Assembly: GCA_963843555.1 (NCBI GenBank)
Contig: CAWJKV010000014.1
Coordinates: 19,758-83,757 of the forward strand
DNA from: an uncultured Methanosarcinales archaeon
Lineage (GTDB): Archaea; Halobacteriota; Methanosarcinia; Methanotrichales; Methanotrichaceae
Direction of reading: 5' to 3'
DNA: 64,000 nt
The stretch's first letter is position 1. Each line of letters begins with the position of its first letter. A program made the position numbers and the translations under genes. Of this stretch, positions 1 through 10,300 are shown one piece after another. Below the pieces are notes generated by a model. That model had not been told where the DNA came from. It saw only the letters and a list, made by a program, of their open reading frames with translations, and ran no database searches.

Positions 1-75
1 TGGACAGGGAAGAAGGCTCCGGTGGACGTAATGGAAAGGGCGGTTCGAGAGGCTTTGGCGCGGGGAGGAAAGTGA
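1..75 (+). CDS. aroE: 3' end of probable shikimate dehydrogenase (partial)
   Basis: Frame 1 reads WTGKKAPVDVMERAVREALARGGK*, an AroE-like C-terminal WTG..P...M motif; overlaps the tyrA start. Confidence 0.6.
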   Translation, partial: WTGKKAPVDVMERAVREALARGGK

Positions 76-986
76 TGTTGCAGGAAGCGATGGGAGAATG
101 GCGCATACTGATACTGGGAGGAACGGGAGAGACGGGTTCATGGTTCGCCCGCTATTTTAAAGAGAAGGGCTTCGATGTTGCGGTCTGGGGTCCGAGCGGG
201 AAGGTCGAGGTCGCGGAGCGTCTGGGAGTGCGCTACGCCCATGACATGATGTTGGAGGTGGAAAGGAGCGACATCGTTCTGGTCAGCGTTCTCATCGAGA
301 AGACGGTGGAGGTTATCCGGATGGTGGCGCCTCGCATGCATCCGGGCAGCCTGATAATGGATGTGACCTCTATCAAGTCCGGGCCGGTGAAGGCCATGAA
401 GACCTATGCCCCCAAGGGGGTGGAGGTGCTGGGCACTCATCCCATGTTCGGGCCCACCATGTCCTCCCTCTCCGGCCAGACCATCATCTTCACGCCTGTG
501 GAAGGGAAGACTGGAAAGTGGCTTTCTATCATTCAATCTCTCTTCGAGTCCGATGGAGCGCATATCGGGATCCTGGAGGCGGAAGAGCACGACGAGATGA
601 TGGCCGTGGTGCAGGCGCTCACCCACTTCGCTTACATCGGCATCGGAGCGACGCTGAAGGCTCTGGACTTCGATGTTTTGAGGTCGCGCCAGTTCATGTC
701 TCCGGTGTATGAGATAATGATCGACTTTGTGGGCAGAATCCTGGACCAGAATCCGGAGCTTTACGCCTCCATTCAGAAGAATCCGAAAGCGGCAGCAGTT
801 CGCCAGACCTATGTGGCAGAGTGTATGCGGCTATGTGAAAAAGCGGATGCCGGGGATTTGGAGGGCTTCAAACAGATCATGAGGGATGCGGCCCAGCACT
901 ACGGTGGGACGCACGAGGCTCTGGAGAGATCGGACAGGGTGATCAATGCCAGGATCAGGGGAGAAAATAAGGAGAAAGATGATTAA
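72..986 (+). CDS. tyrA: Prephenate dehydrogenase
   Basis: Rossmann GGTGETG, DVTSIK, HPMFGP, EHDEMMAVVQALTH motifs. Confidence 0.92.
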   Translation: MMLQEAMGEWRILILGGTGETGSWFARYFKEKGFDVAVWGPSGKVEVAERLGVRYAHDMMLEVERSDIVLVSVLIEKTVEVIRMVAPRMHPGSLIMDVTSIKSGPVKAMKTYAPKGVEVLGTHPMFGPTMSSLSGQTIIFTPVEGKTGKWLSIIQSLFESDGAHIGILEAEEHDEMMAVVQALTHFAYIGIGATLKALDFDVLRSRQFMSPVYEIMIDFVGRILDQNPELYASIQKNPKAAAVRQTYVAECMRLCEKADAGDLEGFKQIMRDAAQHYGGTHEALERSDRVINARIRGENKEKDD

Positions 987-1129
987 ATCAAAAAAATGTA
1001 AAAAATTCATTGGATCTTATCTTGAAGCGAGCACAAAAAATGCGGTGGCGAAATATTGTCGTTCGCCATTCCTTGCGCCCCTCATCTCTTTTCGGTCATT
1101 CGTGAATGGATGTAACAGCAGTTCAACCT

Positions 1130-2116
1130 TCAACCGGATCTCGTCGATGTTACCTGGCCGTTGCTGGATGTGACCGTGGTTCCACTGGGGGAGCTGGTAG
1201 TTGTCTGAGTGGTTCCATCGGCGCTCGTCGTTGTTTGGTAAGTTCCATCAGAGGTTGTCGTGGTCTGACCAACGGGTGTAATGGTGGTCTGGCCGTTGGA
1301 GGTCGTAGTAGTGGTCACACCATTTGAAGTTTGGGAGGAGCTTGTGCTCGTGGTGAAGCTCCCAGGGTTTGAGGCTTTGCCGAGAACGAGTGGTGTCTGG
1401 GTTCCTGCCGGATAAATGCCCGCCGCTGCATTACCTGTAGCCTGGGCAAACGCATCCACAATGACCACATTGCTGGGCTGGTTGTTCACCACAAAGTAGA
1501 GCATGTGTCTACCAACCTGGTCGGCATTGAAGTTCATGGTATTATAACCCGGGTTGAACTGATAAGTGTTGTACTTCGAACTGGTTGTACCGGTCTGAAT
1601 TATCTCGTAGAAGCCCGCAGGCCCTCCAACTGGAGCATTAGCGACCAGCTGCAGCCAGGTACCCACCGGGACTACTGCATATTGCGTCCAATTTGTTGCT
1701 CCCTGGATCCAGAGGTCGTTGGTCTTGGATGGCGCTATGGATGCATACTGGGAGTAAGGCAATCCCACACCGGCACCGTAGTACACACTGGAAGGCGTTT
1801 TCTCTGTTATATCGAACTTGGCAGGATTGCTTACTATCCCACCCACTACAGGCGTACCTGTGGTTGTATAATACTCTCGGTAGGGCGAGAACGTTGTGTC
1901 GCTATACGGTTGGCTGTAGAAGGAACCGCCCGTAGTGTACCAGGGGAAGTTAGGGACTGGCGTATCGAGCCACTGCAACATGCCAGCGAGGCCTGGATCA
2001 TCTGTACGGCCATAATTGACATTTTCACCGCCCAGATAGTCCTGTCCAAATGCGATACCAATTAGCAAGCATGCTGAGAGCGCAGTCATACACAGCAAAA
2101 TTTTGTTGTATTTCAT
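1130..2116 (-). CDS. Secreted cell-surface protein with Thr/Ser-rich C-terminal tail
   Basis: N-terminal signal peptide; Tyr-rich beta domain; TTTSxDG-like repeats at C-terminus. Confidence 0.75.
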   Translation of the reverse strand: MKYNKILLCMTALSACLLIGIAFGQDYLGGENVNYGRTDDPGLAGMLQWLDTPVPNFPWYTTGGSFYSQPYSDTTFSPYREYYTTTGTPVVGGIVSNPAKFDITEKTPSSVYYGAGVGLPYSQYASIAPSKTNDLWIQGATNWTQYAVVPVGTWLQLVANAPVGGPAGFYEIIQTGTTSSKYNTYQFNPGYNTMNFNADQVGRHMLYFVVNNQPSNVVIVDAFAQATGNAAAGIYPAGTQTPLVLGKASNPGSFTTSTSSSQTSNGVTTTTTSNGQTTITPVGQTTTTSDGTYQTTTSADGTTQTTTSSPSGTTVTSSNGQVTSTRSG

Positions 2117-2528
2117 TTCATCACCTATTTATTGCCTAAACCGGTTTCTTAGATTTATGATCCATCATTTTTGAATCCTCTTTCTGCAGGCTATGATTCA
2201 TTCATTGGTAGGCAGTGAGGATTAAGAGTTGAATAAGAGTACATTTTTATTGAATTCGGATTTGTTCTTGAATGATTTCAAACTCCTGTTCGCATGATTC
2301 GCAGGTTAGAACCATAAACCAAAAATACCATCCAATTTCCGTATCATAATCCTTTTGAGATTTCAGTGCAAATAAGATGCCATTGAATAAAAAGCTTTTG
2401 GTATAAAAAAATTAAAGTGTCATAGAGTCTGCGCTTAAGAAGTGCAATAATTAAAGTTTGGGCTCAAAAATACAGACCTTCATTCCCATCAATGGGGTAT
2501 AAATCTTAATAAAATTTTTGAGGGGTAT

Positions 2529-2849
2529 CTATCTTTCGACCCACTCAAATCCCGGATCTTTGATCTTATTAAAATTCTTGATGATAACTGAGGCGTCGTT
2601 CCTGTTCAGCTTGGCGTCCATCATCTTCTCGCAGACACAACGCAGCGCCTTTTTTTCCTTTGTTAGAGCATCACTGTCTCCACTTTTGGAAGCCAGTCCG
2701 GAGCTCTCAAAAAGGTGCTCCTTCTCGTCCATATGAGTGGTCATACCCCATTTTCCGAACATCTCCGCAGCATTATCCAGGAGATTTTGATCAAATGTCT
2801 CTGGAAGCTTGCAACCCTCTATCTGCCGCATAAATTCTTCTTTCTTCAA
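2529..2849 (-). CDS. Hypothetical protein (~106 aa)
   Basis: C-terminal part of ORF 2529..3047; own GGTGA RBS ahead of TTG at 2849 (alternative ATG 2831). Confidence 0.65.
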   Translation of the reverse strand: MKKEEFMRQIEGCKLPETFDQNLLDNAAEMFGKWGMTTHMDEKEHLFESSGLASKSGDSDALTKEKKALRCVCEKMMDAKLNRNDASVIIKNFNKIKDPGFEWVER

Positions 2850-2884
2850 AATGATCACCTTCAAAAAATAAGAAAAGAATGGTT

Positions 2885-3210
2885 TTAGCGTCTTCTTCTC
2901 AGAGCTACGAAGGGTCACTGCCAGGAGCCCTGCTACGGCAAATGCACCCTCGAAGCCAGGTGTCTGGGTCGTTGTCGTTGTTTTAGATGTAGTCGTTGGC
3001 TCGGTAGCGGGAGTTTCAGTTTTAGTTGTAGTTGATTGTGACGGCACCTGAACCAGGAACCGAGGTGGTCGTAGTTTCAGTTGTATTGACGGCTTCTGTG
3101 CCAGGAGCAGTGGTCGCAGTTGTTGTAGTTGATTGAGTTGCTTCTTCTGCTGCGCCTAGAGCCAGCAGCATCATTGTGGCAATTAGCATGGCCACCAATA
3201 TCTTTTTCAT
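2885..3210 (-). CDS. Thr-rich PGF-CTERM surface glycoprotein (archaeosortase A substrate), split by two single-base insertions
   Basis: Signal peptide in ORF 3022..3210; Thr-rich body and TPGFEGAFAVAGLLAV in ORF 2529..3047; removing one C restores ...AVTFVALRRRR* (TAA at 2885-2887). Confidence 0.8.
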
Positions 3211-3260
3211 ATCAAAACCTCTCTTCTCTTATGATCTTTATTAATAGCATCTGTTACCCC

Positions 3261-3497
3261 TTAAACATTATCCATGGTGTGTTTAGGGCAGGAAACACGT
3301 AAGCCTAAGTCTGCAAGCTGTAATATCGCCAGGTTGAATGAGCCTCCGAATATTAGCGTTATCACCGCCAGAATGATGAATACGATTATCAACCATTTTG
3401 CAATATCCATCGATATGCCTGCACCACGCACTCCCAATATACCAAGAATGAGAGCTATTACAAAGAACACTATCGCCAAATAAAGTAAGTCCGCCAT
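3261..3497 (-). CDS. DUF1328/UPF0391-like small membrane protein
   Basis: [34 protein letters not shown] pattern, two TM helices. Confidence 0.75.
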   Translation of the reverse strand: MADLLYLAIVFFVIALILGILGVRGAGISMDIAKWLIIVFIILAVITLIFGGSFNLAILQLADLGLRVSCPKHTMDNV

Positions 3498-3560
3498 TTT
3501 TTTACACCTCTCTATATTTGATTGGTAGTTGTTCGCTTTCGATTTTGACTCTCAAATTGT

Positions 3561-3851
3561 TTATTTCAGCGTATCGGACAGCTTTTTTTCTATGTCAGCT
3601 TTCGCTTTCTCCCCATCAGCTTTTGCATGGGCCATCGTATTCTCGATATCAGCCTTCCCCTTCGCAGCATCAGCCTTTAGGTCAGCCTTTGCATAAGCTA
3701 CCTTCTTCCCGGCCTCATCGTGCTCGATATTGGCCTTGATCTTCTCCACATCAGCATTCACATCAGCCTTTGCATAGGCGACATCCTTCTCTATATCGGC
3801 CACTGCTTTCTTAGAATCTGCTTTTGCCTTCTCCACGGAACCGTCTGCCAT
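3561..3851 (-). CDS. Hydrophilic AKAD-repeat protein (LEA/general-stress-like)
   Basis: 96 aa rich in A/K/D/E with recurring (A)KAD units. Confidence 0.65.
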   Translation of the reverse strand: MADGSVEKAKADSKKAVADIEKDVAYAKADVNADVEKIKANIEHDEAGKKVAYAKADLKADAAKGKADIENTMAHAKADGEKAKADIEKKLSDTLK

Positions 3852-4364
3852 TTTTAATTCCCCATTACATGGATCTAAACCTAATATGATGTCATTGCAT
3901 AAAAAGAGTTTGGTACCTAAATTGTAAGATATGTAAAATTATAAAAACAGGCTTCGATATGGAGAGAGACGCAAAAACCCGAATCTCCGAAACAGATGCC
4001 AAAGACTCAGATGGTACCCTTCAATCCAGAAGCTGCCTGCGAATCTTTGCTATCGGTCAGGTGATAAGGTACCTCCTTGCTTTGTTATGAACAAGCAGCC
4101 TAATATGTTGTGCCGGGCAGGGCAATTCCGGGATCATGCCTCAATATTTACAGCTTGAAATGTTGCGAAGACCTATTATATATCAAATGCATAGACCTAA
4201 TCATGATATGCACTGCAGCGTGCAACTCTCTGGAGCCCGAACTCCCTTCATTGGTTAGAGTACGAGAGTTTAGGCCGCCTCAGGCATTGGCAATTAATCG
4301 GCACCAATTGTGCAACTAAAACCCAGGAGTCATAATCATAAGCCAAAATACATTTCTCAGGAGC

Positions 4365-7300
4365 TTGAATCGCCTCAAGGAAGGCGACGATGGGGATGCC
4401 TTCCTGAACAAGTTTAGTTATGAGCAGCCCCTAAATTCTGAGCTTTTCAGCACTGAACAGCTGAAAGAGCATGCTAAGATGCAGGCAGAACGGGATGAGA
4501 TCGATCCAAAGCTCAATAAAGACCTGCTCTTGCCAAGACTGGATGAGAACGAGCAGATCCTGCTACATGTCTATGAGCTTCTTACGGATGCTGTAGCATC
4601 AAACCTCAGAATCGCACCAGCTTCTGAGTGGTTACTTGATAACTTCTACAGAATAGAAGGCCAGATTCGCATAGCCAGGCTTCACCTGCCTGCAAATTAT
4701 AGCAAAATCCTGCCCCACCTGCTCAAGGGTCCGCTGGCAGGGTATCCGCGAGTCTATGGCCTTGCCACAGAGCTGCTGCTTCATACTGATGGCAGGTTGG
4801 ATGCAGAGCGCTTGAAAGGCCTCGTAGAAGGGTATCAGACAGTCAGCAAACTGAACCTGGGCGAGCTGTGGGCGGTTCCGATCATGCTCCGCCTGGCGCT
4901 GATAGAAAACCTGCGGCGCATATCTCTCTGCATCGCCAGGGCCAGATACGACAGAAACCTTGCCGGCAACTGGGTTGATAAGATAATTGAGGTTGCTGAG
5001 ACCGCCCCTAAGGACATGATCGTTGTAGTGGCGGAATTGGCCAGATCAGATCCTCCATTATCCGGCGCCTTTGTTGCTGAATTTGCCCGGAGGCTGGAGG
5101 GACAGAGCATAGCATTTGCCCTGCCGTTAACGTGGATCGAAGAACGTCTATCTGAAATGGGAAAGACCACCGGGCAGATGATCCAGCAGGATATCCAGCG
5201 AGGGGCTGCTGATAAGGTCTCCATAGGCAATAGCATCGGAAGTTTCCGTTTTCTTGAGTCTATGGACTGGCGCGAATTCGTAGAGGGAAGCAGTGCTGTA
5301 GAAAAAGCACTCGATCAGGATCCTGCCGGCGTGTACAGCCAGATGGATTTCGCAACCCGGGACCGCTACCGCCATACAGTTGAAAAGATCGCAAGAAATT
5401 GCAGGCTATCCGAAGAAGAAGTTGCGCATAATGCAGTAAAACTGGCACAGGAGAGGCTGGAGGCGTCAGGAAGTGAGGATCGATGCGCTCATGTTGGATT
5501 TTATCTGATAGATAAGGGGCTTGCAAAACTGGAGAGAACTGTCGGAATGAGACGGTCGCTAAATGAGTCCATCGTAAGGGCAGCTCTCCGATTCCCACTG
5601 CTCTGCTACGTAGGAGCTATAGTGCTGGTTACGGCTTTGACTGCGGCCGTTATGTTGATTCTCGCTCCAAAGCTCGGATCAAACGAATGGATGCTGGTCC
5701 CGGCATCAATATTGCTCTTGTTTTGCATGAGCAGCCCGGCAGTCGGCCTGGTGAACTTGCTGGCGACAATGCTTGTCAAGCCTCATATTCTCCCCAGAAT
5801 GGATTTCTCCGGAGGCATTCCAAAAGAGTTGAGCACTCTGGTAGTAGTGCCTTCCTTGCTGACCGATCCTGAAAGAGTCTCTGATCTCCTGCTGGGTTTA
5901 GAAATTCGGTATCTGGCAAACCGTGACGAAAACCTTTGCTTCGGCCTTCTGGTAGATCTTGCCGATGCCGAGCAGGAGATTATGCCGGAGGATGAGCATC
6001 TATTGCTCTTGGCGCATAACGGAATTGAGGCTCTGAACGAGAAGTACCCCGATGGCATCTTCTTTCTCTTCCCCCGCCGGCGCAAATGGAACTCCCAGGA
6101 TGAGATTTGGAGAGGTTATGAGCGAAAAAGGGGCATAATCGGTGAGCTCAACTCATTGCTAAGAGGCGGGTCAGAGGATAGCTTCTCTGGAATTACCGGC
6201 AATGTGTCGATTCTCCCCGGAATAAAGTACGTCATCACGGTTGACGAAGATACCAAGATGCCTTACGACTCCGCCCGGCTTCTGATAGAGACTATGGCTC
6301 ACCCTCTCAACCGCCCCAGGTTCGATGAGCATAAGAGATATGTCGCTGAGGGCTACAGCATCCTCCACCCCCGCCTCAGTGCAAGCATGCCTGAAGCAGA
6401 CAGATCGAGGTTTGTCAAGCTCTTTGGAGGCGAGCCCGGCATTGATTCATACACGCGAGAGGTCTCGGATGTTTATCAAGACATTTTTGGAGAAGGTTCC
6501 TTTTCCGGCAAAGGGATCTATGACGTAGACGCCTTCTTGCAGTCTCTGGGTGAACGTTTTCCCGATAATCTGATCCTGAGCCATGATCTCCTGGAGGGCA
6601 GCTACGCCAGAGCGGCGCTGGTCAGCGATGTCCAGTTTTACGAGGATTATCCCTACCGCTACAGCTCAGACGTCAGCCGCAGGCACAGATGGATCAGAGG
6701 GGATTGGCAGATTGTAAACTGGCTTCTCGCGCGAGTGCCGGGCCCCGGAGGTATGATAGTAGATAATCCGATCTCAGGGTTATCACGATGGAAGATTATC
6801 GACAACCTTCGACGGAGTTTAGTGACTCCTGCCCAGATCTTTCTCTTGTCTCTGGCATGGTTGATATTGCAGCAGCCTGAGTTTTGGACATATATTGTGA
6901 TAGGAGCAATTCTGGTTTTGCCGGTGCTGGCCAGCATTCGATCTATCCTGATTAAATCTGCCGAGATACCCATGGATCAGCATCTGCGTTCTGCCGGGAG
7001 ATCGACTGCCAGACATCTGGCCCAGGCGGTGCTCAGCCTCACCTTTTTGCCCTATGAGGCTTTTTTCAGTCTGGATGCGATTGTCCGAAGCGCTGGGCGA
7101 ATGCACTTTACTCATAAGCTGCTGCTGGAATGGAACTCTTCGAGCAGTTCCAAGAGTAATGGGCAAAGTGGTCTGGTGGGATTCTACCGGTCGATGTGGA
7201 TAGCTCCAGCGGTTGCCATTTCCCTGGCAGTGTATCTTGCCTTCCTGCGAACTGATGTATTCAATTTTGTCTGGCCGCTGCTGGTATCCTGGAGCCTCGC

Positions 7301-10300
7301 TCCTGCAGTTGCCTGGTGGATCAGCCAGCCTCTTGATACGCCTAAAGCAAAACTGAAGGAGGATCAGACGATCTTCCTGCGCAAGCTTTCAAGAAAGACG
7401 TGGAGGTTCTTTGAGACGTTTGTCGGGCCCGAAAACCACTGGCTCCCGCCGGATAATTATCAGGAGAAACCACTCTCTGTGACTGCTACTGGTACATCGC
7501 CCACGAATATGGGATTGTCACTGCTGGCGAACCTGGCAGCATACGACTTCGGTTATATCTCAACTGGGAAGCTGATAGAGCGAAACGCCTCCACCCTCGA
7601 AAATATGATGGGCCTGGAGCGGTTCCACGGCCATTTTTACAACTGGTATGACATCAAGATGCTAGAGCCTATGCAGCCCAAATATATCTCAACTGTAGAT
7701 AGCGGTAACCTGTCCGGCCATTTGCTGACTCTGCAGCAGGGTATGAATGAGCTTTTAGACCAGAAGATCCTGCCTCCTCAGGCAATTGACGGTTTAATAG
7801 ATACACTGCATATCCTGAGAGATGCCGTGGGAGGGAGTCCTGCAGAAGATGGCCGGGAAGAAATCGTGCGATCACATATTTTGGAGCAGATAGCCCGCTT
7901 CCAGATGGAACTCTCGTCGCCTCCGAGCACACTCTCTGCAGCTTGGCTACTGCTGGATCAGCAGATGAGGAATATCTCCGAGTTATTAGATCTCCTGAGC
8001 CCGAAAGTTAATGATGAAGTGAAGTGGTGGGCCCGGGCTTATGAGCGACAGCTCAGGGACCATCTGGATGATCTGACCCTCATGGCTCCGTGGCTACTAT
8101 TGCCAATGCGGATTATGGTTCATCCCCTCGACGAGGAGGTCTTGATAGAAGCCTCGACAGAAAGAACAGGAATGCTGAGCCAATTGCAGGCTGAACTGCT
8201 CCGGCTTGAAAGCATTCCGAGCCTCGGAGAGATTTCAGAGATGACACTTAAGCTGGTGCCCATGATAGACCAGATTCTCGGCTCAATACAGGGCATGGGC
8301 AAACAGGGCATGAGTCAAGAGGAGAGAGACTGGTTCCTCCAGCTTGGTCAGACGATCACTGAAGCAGGCAACCGAGCCGTTGATAGGAAAGCCTCGATCG
8401 AGAAGATTGCAGAGGAATGTGGCGACCTGGCGGAGATCGAATACGACCTCCTCTTCGATGAGTCACGTAAGCTTCTGGCAATAGGCTATAATGTCAATGA
8501 CTCCAGGCGCGATGAGAGCTGCTACGATCTTCTGGCATCTGAGGCCAGGCTATGCAGCTTTGTTGCTATCGCTCAGGGTAGATTGAAGCTGGAGCATTGG
8601 TTTGTCCTGGGTCGCAGTCTTACCAGCGCAGGAGGAGAACTGGCTTTGCTCTCCTGGGGAGGAACCATGTTTGAGTATCTTATGCCATTGTTGATCATGC
8701 CGACTTACGAGAATTCACTCCTCAATCAGACCTATAGGTCGACAGTGGTGCGGCAGATCGAATATGGTAAGCAGCGAGGCGTTCCATGGGGCATTTCGGA
8801 GAGCGGCTATAATATTATAGACATCAACCAGATCTACCAGTACAGGGCTTTTGGAGTGCCTGGCCTCGGTTTTAAGCGGGGATTGGCAAAAGACCTGGTA
8901 ATAGCACCTTATGCTTCCGTTCTGGCGTTGATGGTCTCGCCATTCGAGGCCTGCACTAATCTGCAACAAATGGCAAATAAGGGCTATCTTGGCGAATACG
9001 GCTTTTACGAGGCCGTCGATTATACTCCATCACGTCTTTCCCGGGACGAGACCAGCGCAATTGTGCAGTCATTTATGGCCCATCACCAGGGCATGAGCTT
9101 CCTCTCATTAGCCTACGTCTTATTGGACCGGCCCATGCAAAGAAGATTCATGAAAAATCCCATCTTCCAGTCTGTGGATCTGCTTCTCCAGGAAAGGGTT
9201 CCCAGGGCTGCGCCTTTCTATCCCCATGCTGCGGAGGTCTCATCATCAATTTGGAGGACTGGCATGCCGGAGCGGCAAGAGGCCTTTAGGGCATTCACCG
9301 ATCCGAACAGCTCCCCCTCTGATTTACATCTTCTCTCCAATGGCAACTACAAACTGATGATCACAAGTTCCGGTGCAGGGTATAGCCAGTGGAAGGATGT
9401 TGCAGTCAGTCGCTGGAAAGGTGACAGTACCCGTGACAATGAAGGGCAGTTCATCTATATCCGGGATCTGGACAATAATGAGGTATGGTCTGCGGGATAC
9501 CAGCCTATCTGCAGAAATGAAGAGACTTATCAAGCCATCTTCCAGGGATCCAAGGCAGAGTTCAGGTCGAGGGTTTTGGATATCGATACCCATACGGAGG
9601 TTGTTATCTCGCCAGAGGACGATGTCGAGCTGCGGAGCGTCAGCCTTACCAATCTCTCATCGACCAGACGGACGATAGAGCTGACCAGTTATGCAGAGGT
9701 CGTTCTGACGACACCAATGGCGGATGCAACTCATCCCGCCTTTAGCAACCTATTCGTAGAGACAGAGATCGTGCGCAAGAGATCTGCCATCCTCTGCACC
9801 AGGCGACCGAGATCGAAGGATGATAAGACGCCCTGGATGTTGCATCTGATAGCAGCCGAGAAAATAAATGAAGATGAGGTCTTCTTTGAGACCGATCGGA
9901 GCCTGTTCATGGGCAGGGGAAAAACCACTGCCAATCCCGATGCATTGAATGGGAAAGTGGAGCTCTCAGACAGCGAGGGCCCCATTCTGGATCCAATTGT
10001 TTCTATCAGGTGCACTGTTGCGATCGACCCGGGTGAAAAGGTTAAGGTGAACTTCGTCACAGGCATCGCAGATACCAGAGACTCTGCTCTTGGGTTGATT
10101 GATAAATATCATGACCCGGGTCTGACTGAACGGGTCCACAATCTGGCCTGGACTCATGATCAGATGATAAAGCAGCAGCTCAATATCACTGAGAGCGATA
10201 TACACCTTTATCTTCGCCTTGCCGGCGGCGTGATCTATCCCAGCTCAAACTGGCGGGCCAATGCAAGCATTCTCTTGAGCAATCAAAGGGGCCAGTCAGT

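Noticed and set aside
2529-3047. 172-aa ORF as a single protein
   Set aside because: Chimera of a frameshifted PGF-CTERM gene and a separate downstream gene
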